Program-made: the position numbers and the translations under genes
Source of the DNA: an uncultured delta proteobacterium
GTDB taxonomy: Bacteria; Myxococcota_A; UBA9160; UBA6930
Assembly (NCBI GenBank): GCA_963722885.1
Contig: CAVROS010000037.1
Coordinates: 79,138 to 143,137, forward strand
Direction: 5' to 3'
Length of the DNA stretch: 64,000 bases
Shown here: piece by piece, positions 28,190 through 37,389 of the stretch
Layout of the letters: the number at the start of each line of letters is the position of its first letter
Numbering within the stretch: the stretch's first letter is position 1
The notes under the pieces: model-generated
Told to the model about the DNA's origin: nothing
The model's database searches: none
What the model saw: the letters and a program-made list of their open reading frames with translations, nothing else

Positions 28190-29446
28190 TTAGAGCTCCC
28201 GTAGGATTCCGCCAGGAGCTCGATGGGGTGGACGACGCGGGCGCGAAGACCCCATTTCCGTGCGCCGGCGGCGAGCTGGATCAGGCAGCCGGGGTTGCCC
28301 GACGCGATCACGTCGGGGTCGGCGGCGGCAAGCGCGCTCATCTTCCTCTCCAGCACCTGCTGGGACATCTCCGGATGGGTGAGATTGTAGATTCCCGCGG
28401 CGCCACAGCAGCCGGTCGGGTCGTCGTGATCGATCAGCTCGAGTCCCGGAATCATCTCGAGGAGGCGCCGCGGCGCGGCCTCGACGCGTTGGCCGTGGAC
28501 CAGATGGCAGGGATCGTCGTAGCAGACCCGGACCTCCAGACGACCCGGAGGGCGGATCGATTCCCTCGGCCTCCAGGAATTCGCAGATGTCGCGCACCGA
28601 TGCGGCAAACGCCTCCGCCTGGTTCGGGAGCCAGCGCTCCGACTCGCGAAGGAAGGCGCCGCAACCGGCGGAGTTGACCACGATCGCGTCCACCCGCGCG
28701 GGATCGAAGGCGGCCAGATTGCGCCGAGCGAGATCGCGGGCAACGCCCATCTCGCCGGCGTGCGCCTGAAGCGCTCCGCAGCAGCACTGCTCTGGAGGGA
28801 CCAGCACCTCGAAGCCGTTGCGCGCCAGAACCCGGGCCGTGGCCAGGTTCACGCGGCCGAAGAGCTCCGGCATGATGCATCCCTCGAAGAGGGCCACCCT
28901 CCCGCGAAGCGTTCCCTGGGCGGGGACCAGCGACGGCAGGCGGACCCGTTCCGCCGCCGGCGGGACGACCGGCACCAGCTCGTGCGCCTCTCGCAGTCGG
29001 GCCGGCAGCAGAGAAAGCGCCAGACGATCGAGACGCAGCCGTTGCACCCAGCCGAGGGCGCCCACCAGCCAGTGGAGCCAGCGGGGCCGGGGCAGCAGCT
29101 CCCGGAGGGCCCAGCTCTCGACCCGCTTGGCCCAACCCTGGCGGAGACCCGCCTCCTCCACCACCGCGCGGGCCTCTTCGAGCATCGCTCCGAACCGGAC
29201 ACCCGACGGGCAGGCGGTCTCGCAGGCACGGCAGCCGAGACAGAGATAGGCCTCCTCGGCCAGCACCTCTCCGACGGGAATCTCGCCCTCGATCGCCCCG
29301 CGCATCAGGTACAGGCGTCCGCGGGGGGAGGAGGTCTCGCGGCCGGTGATCCGATAGGTCGGACAGACGGGAAGGCAGAGCCCGCAGTGCACGCAGTCGA
29401 GCGTTCCGGGATAGAGATCGCGGAGCAGCTTGCTCGGCTCGCTCAT
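28190..29446 (-). CDS. glcF: Glycolate oxidase iron-sulfur subunit GlcF, frameshifted as assembled (~28541-28558), with an uncertain 3' end
   Basis: The N-terminal 2x[4Fe-4S] motifs CVHCGLCLPVCP and CLGCRACETACP are in the frame of ORF 28190-30214. The C-terminal CCG domains (CYDDPCHL, TGCCGAAGIYN, GNPGCLIQL) are in the frame of ORF 27346-28743. The ATG overlaps the glcE stop (ATGA). Confidence 0.85.
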   Translation of the reverse strand: MSEPSKLLRDLYPGTLDCVHCGLCLPVCPTYRITGRETSSPRGRLYLMRGAIEGEIPVGEVLAEEAYLCLGCRACETACPSGVRFGAMLEEARAVVEEAGLRQGWAKRVESWALRELLPRPRWLHWLVGALGWVQRLRLDRLALSLLPARLREAHELVPVVPPAAERVRLPSLVPAQGTLRGRVALFEGCIMPELFGRVNLATARVLARNGFEVLVPPEQCCCGALQAHAGEMGVARDLARRNLAAFDPARVDAIVVNSAGCGAFLRESERWLPNQAEAFAASVRDICEFLEAEGIDPPSGSSGGPGLLRRSLPSGPRPTRRGRAAAPPRDDSGTRADRSRRPDRLLWRRGNLQSHPSGDVPAGAGEEDERACRRRPRRDRVGQPRLPDPARRRRTEMGSSRPRRPPHRAPGGILREL

Positions 29447-30702
29447 AGGCGTCCCGCAAACCGACCGGGATTCAGCACCCCATTGGGATCGTACTGGTGC
29501 TTGAGCGCGCGAAACAGCGGGAGCAACCGGCCCGGATCGCCGAAGACGTCGCGCCCTTCCTTCGCCCAGTCCGGGGCGTCCTCGATCACGTAGCCGCCTC
29601 CCGAAGCGGCGGCGGCGTGGCTCGCGCTGCGCTCCGCCGCCTCCACGGCGCGCTCGTCGTTGGAGAGCCCAACCGGAAAGCGCACGTAGAGGAGGCCCCT
29701 GGCGGGATAGGCGAGAACCGCGCCGCCGTCTCGCGCCAGGATTTCCGCCGCTTCGCCGACGCGGCTGGGAAGCGAGCTGAGTCGGATCCGCAATCCGCCT
29801 GGATGAAAGATCCCGCCCTGGACGCCCCGGAGCCGCTCGATCATCACCGCATCGACTTCGTGCGCTCCCGTCTCCTCGACGAGCTCCCGGAAGTCCGCTT
29901 CCAGCAGTGACTCGTTCCCGGCGAGCTCGAGCAGCAAGACGCTGCCTTCCCTGGCGGTGGCGGGATCGATCGCAGCTGCGAGCGCACGGTCCAGATGGGC
30001 GGCAACGCGGGCGGAGGGACGGCGTGCAGCCGCCAGCGCTCGCTCGAACCCCTCGGCGCCATCGGGAAGCGCCGCCGCCAGAAACAGGCTGCGCTCGGGA
30101 AGAGGATGGAGCCGCAGCCAGGCGGCCTCGATCACGCCGAGGGAGCCGAAGGAGCCGATGTAGAGCTTGCCCAGGTCGTAGCCCGTGACGTTCTTGACGA
30201 CGCGCCCACCGCAACGGGTTCGCGCACCGGATGCCAGAGTGACCTCCAGGCCCAGAACGATCTCCCGCGGATGACCGAAGCGAGGCCCGACGGCCGCCGA
30301 GGCGAGGGCGCCCCCGACGCTGGTCCCAGCTCCCGGCGGGTCCAGGGGAAGCTCCCAGCCCTCGGCCCGCACCGACTCGCGCAGCGCCGCGATCTCGGTC
30401 CCGGCGCGGACGTGAACCACTCCGTCTTCGGCGTCGAGCTCCAGGATCCCGTCCAGACCGGTGGCTTCGAGGGCGAGGTCGGCCCGCTTCAGCAGATTCC
30501 CCTGGCCGAGGCGACTCCCGCCACCGCAGACCAGGGCGGCCATGCCCCGCTCCGAGAGCACCCGGAGCCCGGCGGAGAGCTCCTCGCCACTGCTGGGGCG
30601 GAGGCTCTCGGTCAGGCTCACACCGTCCACGGCGACCGGCCCGTGCTCGACGACGGCGTCAGCGCCGACCGCGGCGCGCAATGCGTCGAGCGCAGCCGTC
30701 AT
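29443..30702 (-). CDS. glcE: Glycolate oxidase FAD-binding subunit GlcE
   Basis: Intact 419-aa ORF with an FAD-binding PCMH-type domain (ALVCGGGSRLGQG ... VGGALASAAVGPRFGHPREIVLGLEV ... KNVTGYDLGKL). It lies between glcD and glcF with 4-nt overlaps. Confidence 0.85.
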   Translation of the reverse strand: MTAALDALRAAVGADAVVEHGPVAVDGVSLTESLRPSSGEELSAGLRVLSERGMAALVCGGGSRLGQGNLLKRADLALEATGLDGILELDAEDGVVHVRAGTEIAALRESVRAEGWELPLDPPGAGTSVGGALASAAVGPRFGHPREIVLGLEVTLASGARTRCGGRVVKNVTGYDLGKLYIGSFGSLGVIEAAWLRLHPLPERSLFLAAALPDGAEGFERALAAARRPSARVAAHLDRALAAAIDPATAREGSVLLLELAGNESLLEADFRELVEETGAHEVDAVMIERLRGVQGGIFHPGGLRIRLSSLPSRVGEAAEILARDGGAVLAYPARGLLYVRFPVGLSNDERAVEAAERSASHAAAASGGGYVIEDAPDWAKEGRDVFGDPGRLLPLFRALKHQYDPNGVLNPGRFAGRL

Positions 30703-32123
30703 CCGTTCCGCGTCACCAGGCCCGCCTCGACACAGGCTCGGGGCGTGGGAAGGACCTTGCCCGGGTTGCAGATTCCCTGGGGATCGAAGGCCGCGCGCAG
30801 CCGGCGCATCGCGTCGAGATCGTCCTCACCGAAGAGAAGCCCCATGAATTTCTGCTTCTCGTTGCCGATCCCGTGCTCGCCACTGAGCACCCCGCCAGCG
30901 TCGACGCAGACCCGGAGGATCTCCTCGCCGGCGGCGAGCACTCGCTTCATCTCGTCGGCATCGCGGCGATCGAAGGAGATGATCGGGTGGAGGTTCCCGT
31001 CGCCGGCGTGGAAGACGTTCGACAGGCGCAGGCGGTAGCGGTCTCCGATCTCGCAGATCCGTTCCAGAACCTCCGGCAGCCTCACCCTGGGCACCACGGT
31101 GTCGTACAGGTAGAGATCCGGCGCGAGCCTCCCCATGGCACCGAAGGCTCCCTTGCGTGCCCGCCAGAAGCGCTCGCGTTCCTGATCGTCCCGCGCGACC
31201 TCGACGCGGTCGGCGCCGGACTGCGCGATCAGGCCGCGGACGCGCTCCACCTCCTGGGCCACCACCACGGCAGGGCCGTCGAGCTCGATCAGCAACATGG
31301 CGCCCGCGTCGGTGGGAAGACCGGCGGCATAGACACTGGCCTCGACGGCGGCGATGGTGCGTTGATCGATCACCTCGAGGGAGGCGGGCACGAGTCCCGC
31401 GCCGATGATCGCACCGACGGACCGGCAGGCCGAGAACACGTCGGGGAAGACGGCGAGAAGTGTCTCCACCGACTGGGGAAGCTCGAGGAGCCGAACCGTT
31501 GCCTCCGTCACCACGCCGAGGGTTCCCTCGGATCCGACGAAGGCCCCCACCAGGTCATAGCCCTGCGTCCAGCCGGTGCGGGAGCCGAAGCTCGCGAACT
31601 CGCCATTCGGGAGAACGACTTCGAGGGCGAGCACGTGGTCGGTGGTGGTGCCGTACTTGAGCGTGTGGGGCCCTCCCGAGTTCTCCGCCACGTTGCCTCC
31701 GATGGTGCAGGCCGCCTGGCTGGAGGGATCCGGGGCGAAGAAGAGACCGTGGGGCGCCACCGCCTTCGACAGCTCGAGGTTGATCACGCCGGGCTGCACC
31801 ACCGCATAGCGATCCTCGAGATTCACCTCGAGAATCTGGTTCATTCGCGCGCACTCGATCACCACCCCGCCGTCCAGGGCGAGGGCGCCTCCAGAGAGCC
31901 CGGTCCCCGCGCCGCGCGCCACGAAGGGGACACCGAAGGCTTGGCAGGTCTTCACGACCCCGGCGACCTGGGCCTTCTCCCGGGGCAGCACCACGGCCCG
32001 GGGGCGGGCGCGGTGGAGGGTGAGACCGTCGGCCTCGTAGACGAAGAGATCTTCGGGGCGCACCAGGCAGGCATCGTCTCCGACGACGCCGCGGAGTGAC
32101 GTGACGAGATCCGGAACGGGCAC
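30699..32123 (-). CDS. glcD: Glycolate oxidase subunit GlcD (FAD-linked oxidase)
   Basis: Intact 474-aa ORF reading VVLPREKAQVAGVVKTC, FVARGAGTGLSGGA, IGGNVAENSGGPHTLKYGTT and GVLSGEHGIG. Confidence 0.9.
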   Translation of the reverse strand: MPVPDLVTSLRGVVGDDACLVRPEDLFVYEADGLTLHRARPRAVVLPREKAQVAGVVKTCQAFGVPFVARGAGTGLSGGALALDGGVVIECARMNQILEVNLEDRYAVVQPGVINLELSKAVAPHGLFFAPDPSSQAACTIGGNVAENSGGPHTLKYGTTTDHVLALEVVLPNGEFASFGSRTGWTQGYDLVGAFVGSEGTLGVVTEATVRLLELPQSVETLLAVFPDVFSACRSVGAIIGAGLVPASLEVIDQRTIAAVEASVYAAGLPTDAGAMLLIELDGPAVVVAQEVERVRGLIAQSGADRVEVARDDQERERFWRARKGAFGAMGRLAPDLYLYDTVVPRVRLPEVLERICEIGDRYRLRLSNVFHAGDGNLHPIISFDRRDADEMKRVLAAGEEILRVCVDAGGVLSGEHGIGNEKQKFMGLLFGEDDLDAMRRLRAAFDPQGICNPGKVLPTPRACVEAGLVTRNG

Positions 32124-32126
32124 GGC

Positions 32127-33165
32127 TCAGGCCAGGCCGAGCCGCTCGAGATCATCCTCGTCGAGGCCGAGATAGTGGCCGATCTCGTGCTTGACGGTGA
32201 TCTGGATCTGCTCGACCAGCTCGGCGTGGGTGCGGCAGACCTTCTCCAGATTTCTCTTGAAGAGAATCATGCGATCCACGTCGCGGGCCTGGGCGGTCAC
32301 CGCCGCCTCGGTCCGAGGAACGCCAATGAAGACCCCCAGGATCTGCGGCGAGACGCTCTCCTCCGCGAGCAGCTCGGCGGAGGGAAAATCCTCGACGAGC
32401 AGCGGGAACGTGTTCGATGTACTCGCGGATCGAGCGCGGGAGATCGCGCATTGCCTCACCGGCCACCTGCTCGAAGTCGCGATCGTCCACCGCCACGGGC
32501 ACCGGGTAGTGCCCTCCGTCCAGCGCGTGGGCCTGAGCGAAGGCCCGACCCGCTTCCTCGTTCTCTCCCAGCCGCTCGAGAACCAGACCCAGGTGGTAGA
32601 GCGCGTGCGCCGACTCGGGGTCGAGCCCCACGGCGTGCTCCAGGTAACGACGGGCCTCCTCGAAGCGTCCGAGCTCGAAGGTGATCTGCCCCTCGAAGGC
32701 ACGGTAGACCGCCACCTCACCGACGGTCTTGCCGGCTCGCCGAACCAGGAACAGCGCGCCTTCGAGATCGTCCAGGTAGAACAGGGCCTTGGACTTGAGG
32801 TAGTAGATCTCCGCCTCGGTGGCGCGGTCCGGACGGGGCAGGTCGGGACTCCCCGAGAGCAACAGGTCGCACTGGCCGATGGCCTGATCGAACTCACCGA
32901 GCTCCTCGATCAGAAGCTCCGCGCGGTTGAGCTGCGCAGTCACGAATTTGGGATCGGCCATTGCGGCGAGCTCGACCTCGTAGAGCGCTTCGTCGATCCT
33001 CCCTTCGTCCCAGAGAATCTCGCCGCGACCGTTGTGAGCTTCGGCTCCGTTCGGTTGTGCCTTCAACGCCTCGTCGAGCCAGGCGAGCGCCTCGTCCGTA
33101 CGACCGCCGTGGGACGCTTCCATCGCCTGGTCCAGGCAATCCCAGTATCGATCCCGATCCTTCAT
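32127..33165 (-). CDS. TPR-repeat protein fused to a small zincin-like metallopeptidase domain (HEIGH), with one frameshift as assembled (~32405-32415)
   Basis: The TPR-like part (ALAWLDEALKAQPNGAEAHNGRGEILWDEGRIDEAL ... ALYHLGLVLERLGENEEA) is in one frame. The C-terminal part LLVEDFPSAELL ... ITVKHEIGHYLGLDEDDLERLGL is in another. The stop lies 3 nt before the glcD start. Confidence 0.75.
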
Positions 33166-33359
33166 TGGTGGGCGGCAGAATAGCAGAATCCGCAACCCCA
33201 TCGCGTTTCGGGTCTCCGTCGGAGCCGGATCGTAACTATTCGATTTAAAAGGAGAAAATCAAGTTTTGCGAGCACCGGGGGAACGCCGCACGGCGGCTTC
33301 GCAGGAGGCTTCGCAAACCGGCGTTCTACCGCCCGTTTCGGGCTTCCCGCCAGCGCGGG

Positions 33360-33957
33360 TCAGGCGTGGAAGGCGTGACGCCAGGCGGCGATCACCTCCT
33401 CGCGCACCTCGCTCTGGGAAAGACCCGCCATGAAGGGGGACGGGTTGCGCCCGCTGAGGGCCAGCAGCACGAACCCGTGGAGCAAGGACCAGCCCACCAT
33501 GACGAAGGCGTCCGGATCGCCTTCGCGCAGGACGCCGGACGCGATGCCTCGCGCGTGGGTGTCTCGGAACAGGTTCCAGAGCCGTGACCGATGGGCGATG
33601 TCGTCGGGGGTGAAGGCCTGGACGGAGGTGTCCTGGAACATCAGGCGATAGATCTCCGGGTTCGCCAGGCCGAAGTCGATGTAGCGCTTGGAGCCTTCCA
33701 CGAGTCGCCTCGGCCGGGTCGGGGAGGCGCAGGCAGGGTTCCAGCGCCGCGATCAGCCGATCGAAGCCTTCCAGGGCAAGGTCGTGGAGAAGCTCCCTCT
33801 TGTTCTGGAAGTACAGATAGATCGTGGCGGGCGAGTAGCCGAGCCTCTCCGCCAGGGAGCGCATGGTGACGTTCTCGACGCCATGCTTCTGGACGATGTC
33901 GATGGCTTCCTGGAGGATCTTCTCGCGCAGGGAGGCGCCCGGCGCAGTGCTGCTCAT
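33360..33957 (-). CDS. TetR/AcrR-family transcriptional regulator, one frameshift as assembled (~33704-33710)
   Basis: The HTH part (REKILQEAIDIVQKHGVENVTMRSLAERLGYSPATIYLYFQNKRELL) is in the frame of ORF 33259-34035. The ligand-domain part (EGSKRYIDFGLANPEIYRLMF ... WSLLHGFVLLAL) is in the frame of ORF 33360-33701. Confidence 0.85.
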
Positions 33958-34052
33958 GACCCACCTCGAGGCCCGGCGCCCGGCTCGCGACCGACCGCAG
34001 CCCGGGTCATTCGACACCCGCGAAAAGGCTATCACCGCGCCCGCCGATCGGC

Positions 34053-34081
34053 CAACCCTCGGGGGGGGGCAACCCTCGGGG
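34053..34081. repeat. Direct repeat CAACCCTCGGGG x2 joined through a G9 homopolymer (34061-34069)
   Basis: Read directly: CAACCCTCGGGGGGGGGCAACCCTCGGGG. It lies about 100 nt upstream of the TetR start on the minus strand and 33 nt beyond the stop of the LLM oxidoreductase gene. Confidence 0.9.
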
Positions 34082-34113
34082 AAGGCGCGGCAGACTGGCC
34101 TCGAGCGCGGGCC

Positions 34114-35037
34114 TCAGGCCTGCCCGACCTCGGCGCGAATGCGTTCGTGGATCTTCTCCAGGTCATCGCAGAGGGCGCCGGCATTCTGCCCCCCGGCGAC
34201 GTAGACCGCACTGGCGTTGAGGGCGGCCCCTCCGAAGCCCGCCTCCTTCGCTGCGCGTGCCACCGCTGCGATCTTGTCCGGGCTCGCATGGAAAGCGAGC
34301 CCAAAGGGATCTTCCGGATCCGGCGGAGCGGCGATCTGCGCCTGGAACCCCAGCCCCTCGGGATCTCGGCCCGCCTCCTCCGCGTGCTTCTTGATGATCC
34401 CGATGGCCGCCACGTCTTGCTCGGTGATGGCGCCGTTCGCCATCCAGCCGTCACCCAGCCTCCCGGCGCGCCGCAGTGCGGCGGGCGAATCGCCTCCAAC
34501 CCAGATCGGGATCGCCCCGGCCTGGGGCGGCTTCGGCTCCATCGCCAGCTGGGTCGCCTTGTAGTAGCTGCCCTCGAAATCGACCGACTTCTCTGACCAG
34601 TAGGTCCGCAGCAGAGGGATCGCCTCGTCCATCATCTTGCCCCGCTTGCGGAAGGCCGTACCCAGGGCCTCGTACTCGCACTCCTGCCAGCCCACCCCGA
34701 CTCCGAGGCGAATGCGGCCGGCGGATAGCGTATCCAGGGTGCTGATCTGCTTGGCGACCAGGGCCGGCTGCCGCTGGGGGAGGATCAGCACCTCGATCCC
34801 CAGCCCGACCCGCTCCGTCACCGCCGCGAGAAAGCCGAGCCCGACCAGGGGCTCGAGGATGGGCATCTCGGTCGGATAGGGCCCGGCGATGCGCCCCTCC
34901 ATCGGGTGGCCCATCACCACGTGATCGAAGAGATCGATCTGGTCGAAGCCGATCGACTCTGCGGCGCGTCCAACCTGAGCGACGGCCGCCGGGCCCTCGC
35001 GGTAGACGATGTGCGGAAATTGCAGTGCCAGCTTCAT
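34114..35037 (-). CDS. Luciferase-like monooxygenase (LLM) class, probably F420-dependent, oxidoreductase
   Basis: Start taken at the internal MKLALQF. The TIM-barrel LLM pattern reads FDQIDLFDHVV ... GIEVLILPQRQPALVAKQISTLDTLSAGRIRLGVGVGW ... IWVGGDSPAALRRAGRLGDGW. Confidence 0.75.
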   Translation of the reverse strand: MKLALQFPHIVYREGPAAVAQVGRAAESIGFDQIDLFDHVVMGHPMEGRIAGPYPTEMPILEPLVGLGFLAAVTERVGLGIEVLILPQRQPALVAKQISTLDTLSAGRIRLGVGVGWQECEYEALGTAFRKRGKMMDEAIPLLRTYWSEKSVDFEGSYYKATQLAMEPKPPQAGAIPIWVGGDSPAALRRAGRLGDGWMANGAITEQDVAAIGIIKKHAEEAGRDPEGLGFQAQIAAPPDPEDPFGLAFHASPDKIAAVARAAKEAGFGGAALNASAVYVAGGQNAGALCDDLEKIHERIRAEVGQA

Positions 35038-35302
35038 TGGAGCTCCCATCCTTGCGAAACTTGCCTGCGCGGACTTGCCGGAGGCCCTTCGGATCGGGCG
35101 CATTGTGGCACGAACCCGACGATTGGCGAAAGGCCGGGCCAGGCGCCAGATTTACGCTGCTAGAGCCGGGGGAAAACCCCACACCGTGCCGAAATCGATA
35201 CGGGCCCTGAAGTTTTTTAATGGAAGCGAGACTTACGCGCGGGTAAGCTGGGAGCCGGCAGGGGAGTAGGGAAGAGCAGCCGAAATCAATCGCGGGGGGG
35301 AC

Positions 35303-37317
35303 GTGATGCGAGGGTGCACGCTCAACGAACGGCACGCGGGTTGGGTACGAGTCGCGACCTGTGTTTCCGTGGTCGCCGTCCTGGCCTTCCTGGGTGCGGC
35401 CGGGACCGGCCCCGCCGCGGCCGTCGACTTCGAGGTCGGGGAGCTTCGGGGCAACGTGGACACCACGGTCTCGGCGGGCTTCTCGATGCGCGTCCAGGAC
35501 CGCGACTGCAGGATGATCTGGGTGAACAACGGCGGCTGCCAGACCACGGATGGCTTCACCAACTTCGACGACGGCGATCTCAACTACGACATGTGGGACG
35601 TCTTCGCGAACACCTACAAGGCGACCGTCGACGTCGAGCTGGCCTGGAGAAACTACGGGGGCTTCTTCCGAGGCAGCGTCTTCTACGACCTCGCTACCAT
35701 GGGGACCGACACCGCCCGCACCGACCTCGCCCGGGAGTCGCTCTACACCAGCAGCGCCTTCCGAAGCGGCGTCGTCGGCATGGGCTACCAGCTGCTGGAC
35801 GCCTACCTCTACGGAAACTACGAGGTCGCCGGGCGCCCCCTGGAGATCCGCGCCGGCAACCAGTTGCTGAACTGGGGGGAGAGCCTCTTCTACCAGGGCG
35901 TCAACGTGACCAACGCAGTCGATCTGAACCGTCTGCGGGCTCCGGGCTCCCTGATCCGAGAGGCGCTGCTTCCGGCGCCGATGGTGCGCGCGTCGGCCGA
36001 GATCTTCCAGAACTTCAGCATCGAGGCCTACTACCAGGCGTACTGGAATCGCGTCGAGCTCGATCCCACAGGCAGCTACTTCTCCTTCAACGACCTTACC
36101 GGCCGCGGCGCCGAGGGCTTCTTCCTCGATCAGGATCCGGGATCGAGCGGGAAGAGTCCGGAGCAGCTCTTCCACACGGGCTTGAGCGGGGAGCAGCTCG
36201 GCGCCCTGGGCTTCCCGGCGGAGCCGATCGATGACGGTGATCACAGCCGCCGACCGGTCAGGGGGCGCTCTACGACAACTTCATCACTCGGCGCTCAACT
36301 CGCTCGGGTATCTTCCCGTCCACCATCACCTACCTCGACGTCTTCTTTCCGGCGGGCATCCCCCAGCTGGCCGATCGGGACGCCCGCAAGCAGGGGCAGT
36401 GGGGCGTGGCGCTGCGCTACTTCGCCGACGCCATCCGCACCGAGTTCGGCGCCTACTACATCCGCTTCCACAGCAAGCAGCCCACGCTCGGCTTCGTCGC
36501 CGATCCCTCCGACCTGATGGCCACCACCTTCTTCATCCCGGAGAGCTTCGGTCCCTTCCTGCCTATCCGCTGGCTTGCCGCCGGAGAATCTGCCGCCCAA
36601 CCCGCGTCGACGTGACGGACCGAGACGGCGCCGGTCCCGGTCGGCTACTTCCGGGAGTACCCCGAGGACATCAACATCTTCGGGGTGAGCGCCGCCACCG
36701 AGATCTTCGGCATCGCCTGGGGCGCGGAGATCTCCTACACCACCCAGCTTCCCGTGACCGTCACCACCGCCTTCCCGGACGCGCTGGCCGAGGCCGCGGC
36801 GACCGGCCAGCGGGCCACGGTCTCGGGCTTCGTGCGGGAGGAGAGGCTTCAGGCCCACCTGAGCGCGATCGCCACGATCGGACCGGGGGACCCGTACGTG
36901 GGCGCGATCGTCCGCGCGCTGCAGATCAGCAGCATCGCCGTGACCGGCGAGGTGGTGTTGGTGGAGTTCCCGAACTTCGACGAGAGCCTCGGCTACGCCA
37001 CGGTCAACAACACGGGCCGGCCAACCGAGTTCAGCTGGGCCTACACGACGCTGATCCGGGGCGACTACGACAACCCTCTGGGGGTCCCGATCACGGTGAC
37101 GCCGAGAGTCAGCTTCAGCCACGCCGTGAACGGCACCTACGCCCGGTCCACAACCCAGTTCATCGAGGACACGATGAGCTTCTCGGCGGGCGTCAACGTG
37201 GACTACCTGGGTGTCTGGCAGTTCGACCTGTCCTACGTCAACTTCTTCGGAGGCGGAGACAGCAACCCCGTGATCGATCGGGACTACGTCTCGTTCAGCG
37301 TAACGCGCAGCTTCTGA
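35303..37317 (+). CDS. DUF1302-family predicted outer-membrane beta-barrel protein, with one frameshift (~36241-36262) and one in-frame TGA (36613-36615) as assembled
   Basis: The signal peptide (VVAVLAFLGAAGTGPAAA) is followed by VDFEVGELRGNVDTTVSAGFSMR ... LLDAYLYGNYEVAGRPLEIRAGNQLLNWGES, typical of DUF1302. Later parts (QWGVALRYFADAIRTEFGAYYIRFHSKQP; YFREYPEDINIFGVSAATEIFGIAWGAEISY) are in another frame. The C-terminus reads ...VSFSVTRSF. Confidence 0.8.
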
Positions 37318-37389
37318 GAGCTCCGCGGGGGCGCTCGCTAGCGAGGGGAATCGCCAACCTCAGCATCGGATTCAGCAGGAGGAAGAGCA

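Noticed and set aside
33250-33420. Strong RBS-like AAAAGGAGAAAATC followed by a ~56-codon plus-strand ORF.
   Set aside because: The ORF is antisense to the C-terminal half of the TetR gene and has Arg/Pro/Ser-rich composition and a TTG start. The AT-rich stretch is more plausibly the promoter region of the minus-strand TPR-zincin/glcDEF transcript.
35294-35300. G7 tract three nucleotides upstream of the DUF1302 start, considered as a phase-variation switch.
   Set aside because: A 7-nt G run overlapping the RBS position is not unusual at this GC content. I have no evidence of length variation.
36613-36615. In-frame TGA in the DUF1302 gene considered as a selenocysteine or programmed read-through codon.
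   Set aside because: I see no obvious SECIS-like hairpin immediately downstream. The position is not a Cys-type catalytic site in an outer-membrane barrel, and the assembly has many other indel-type defects.
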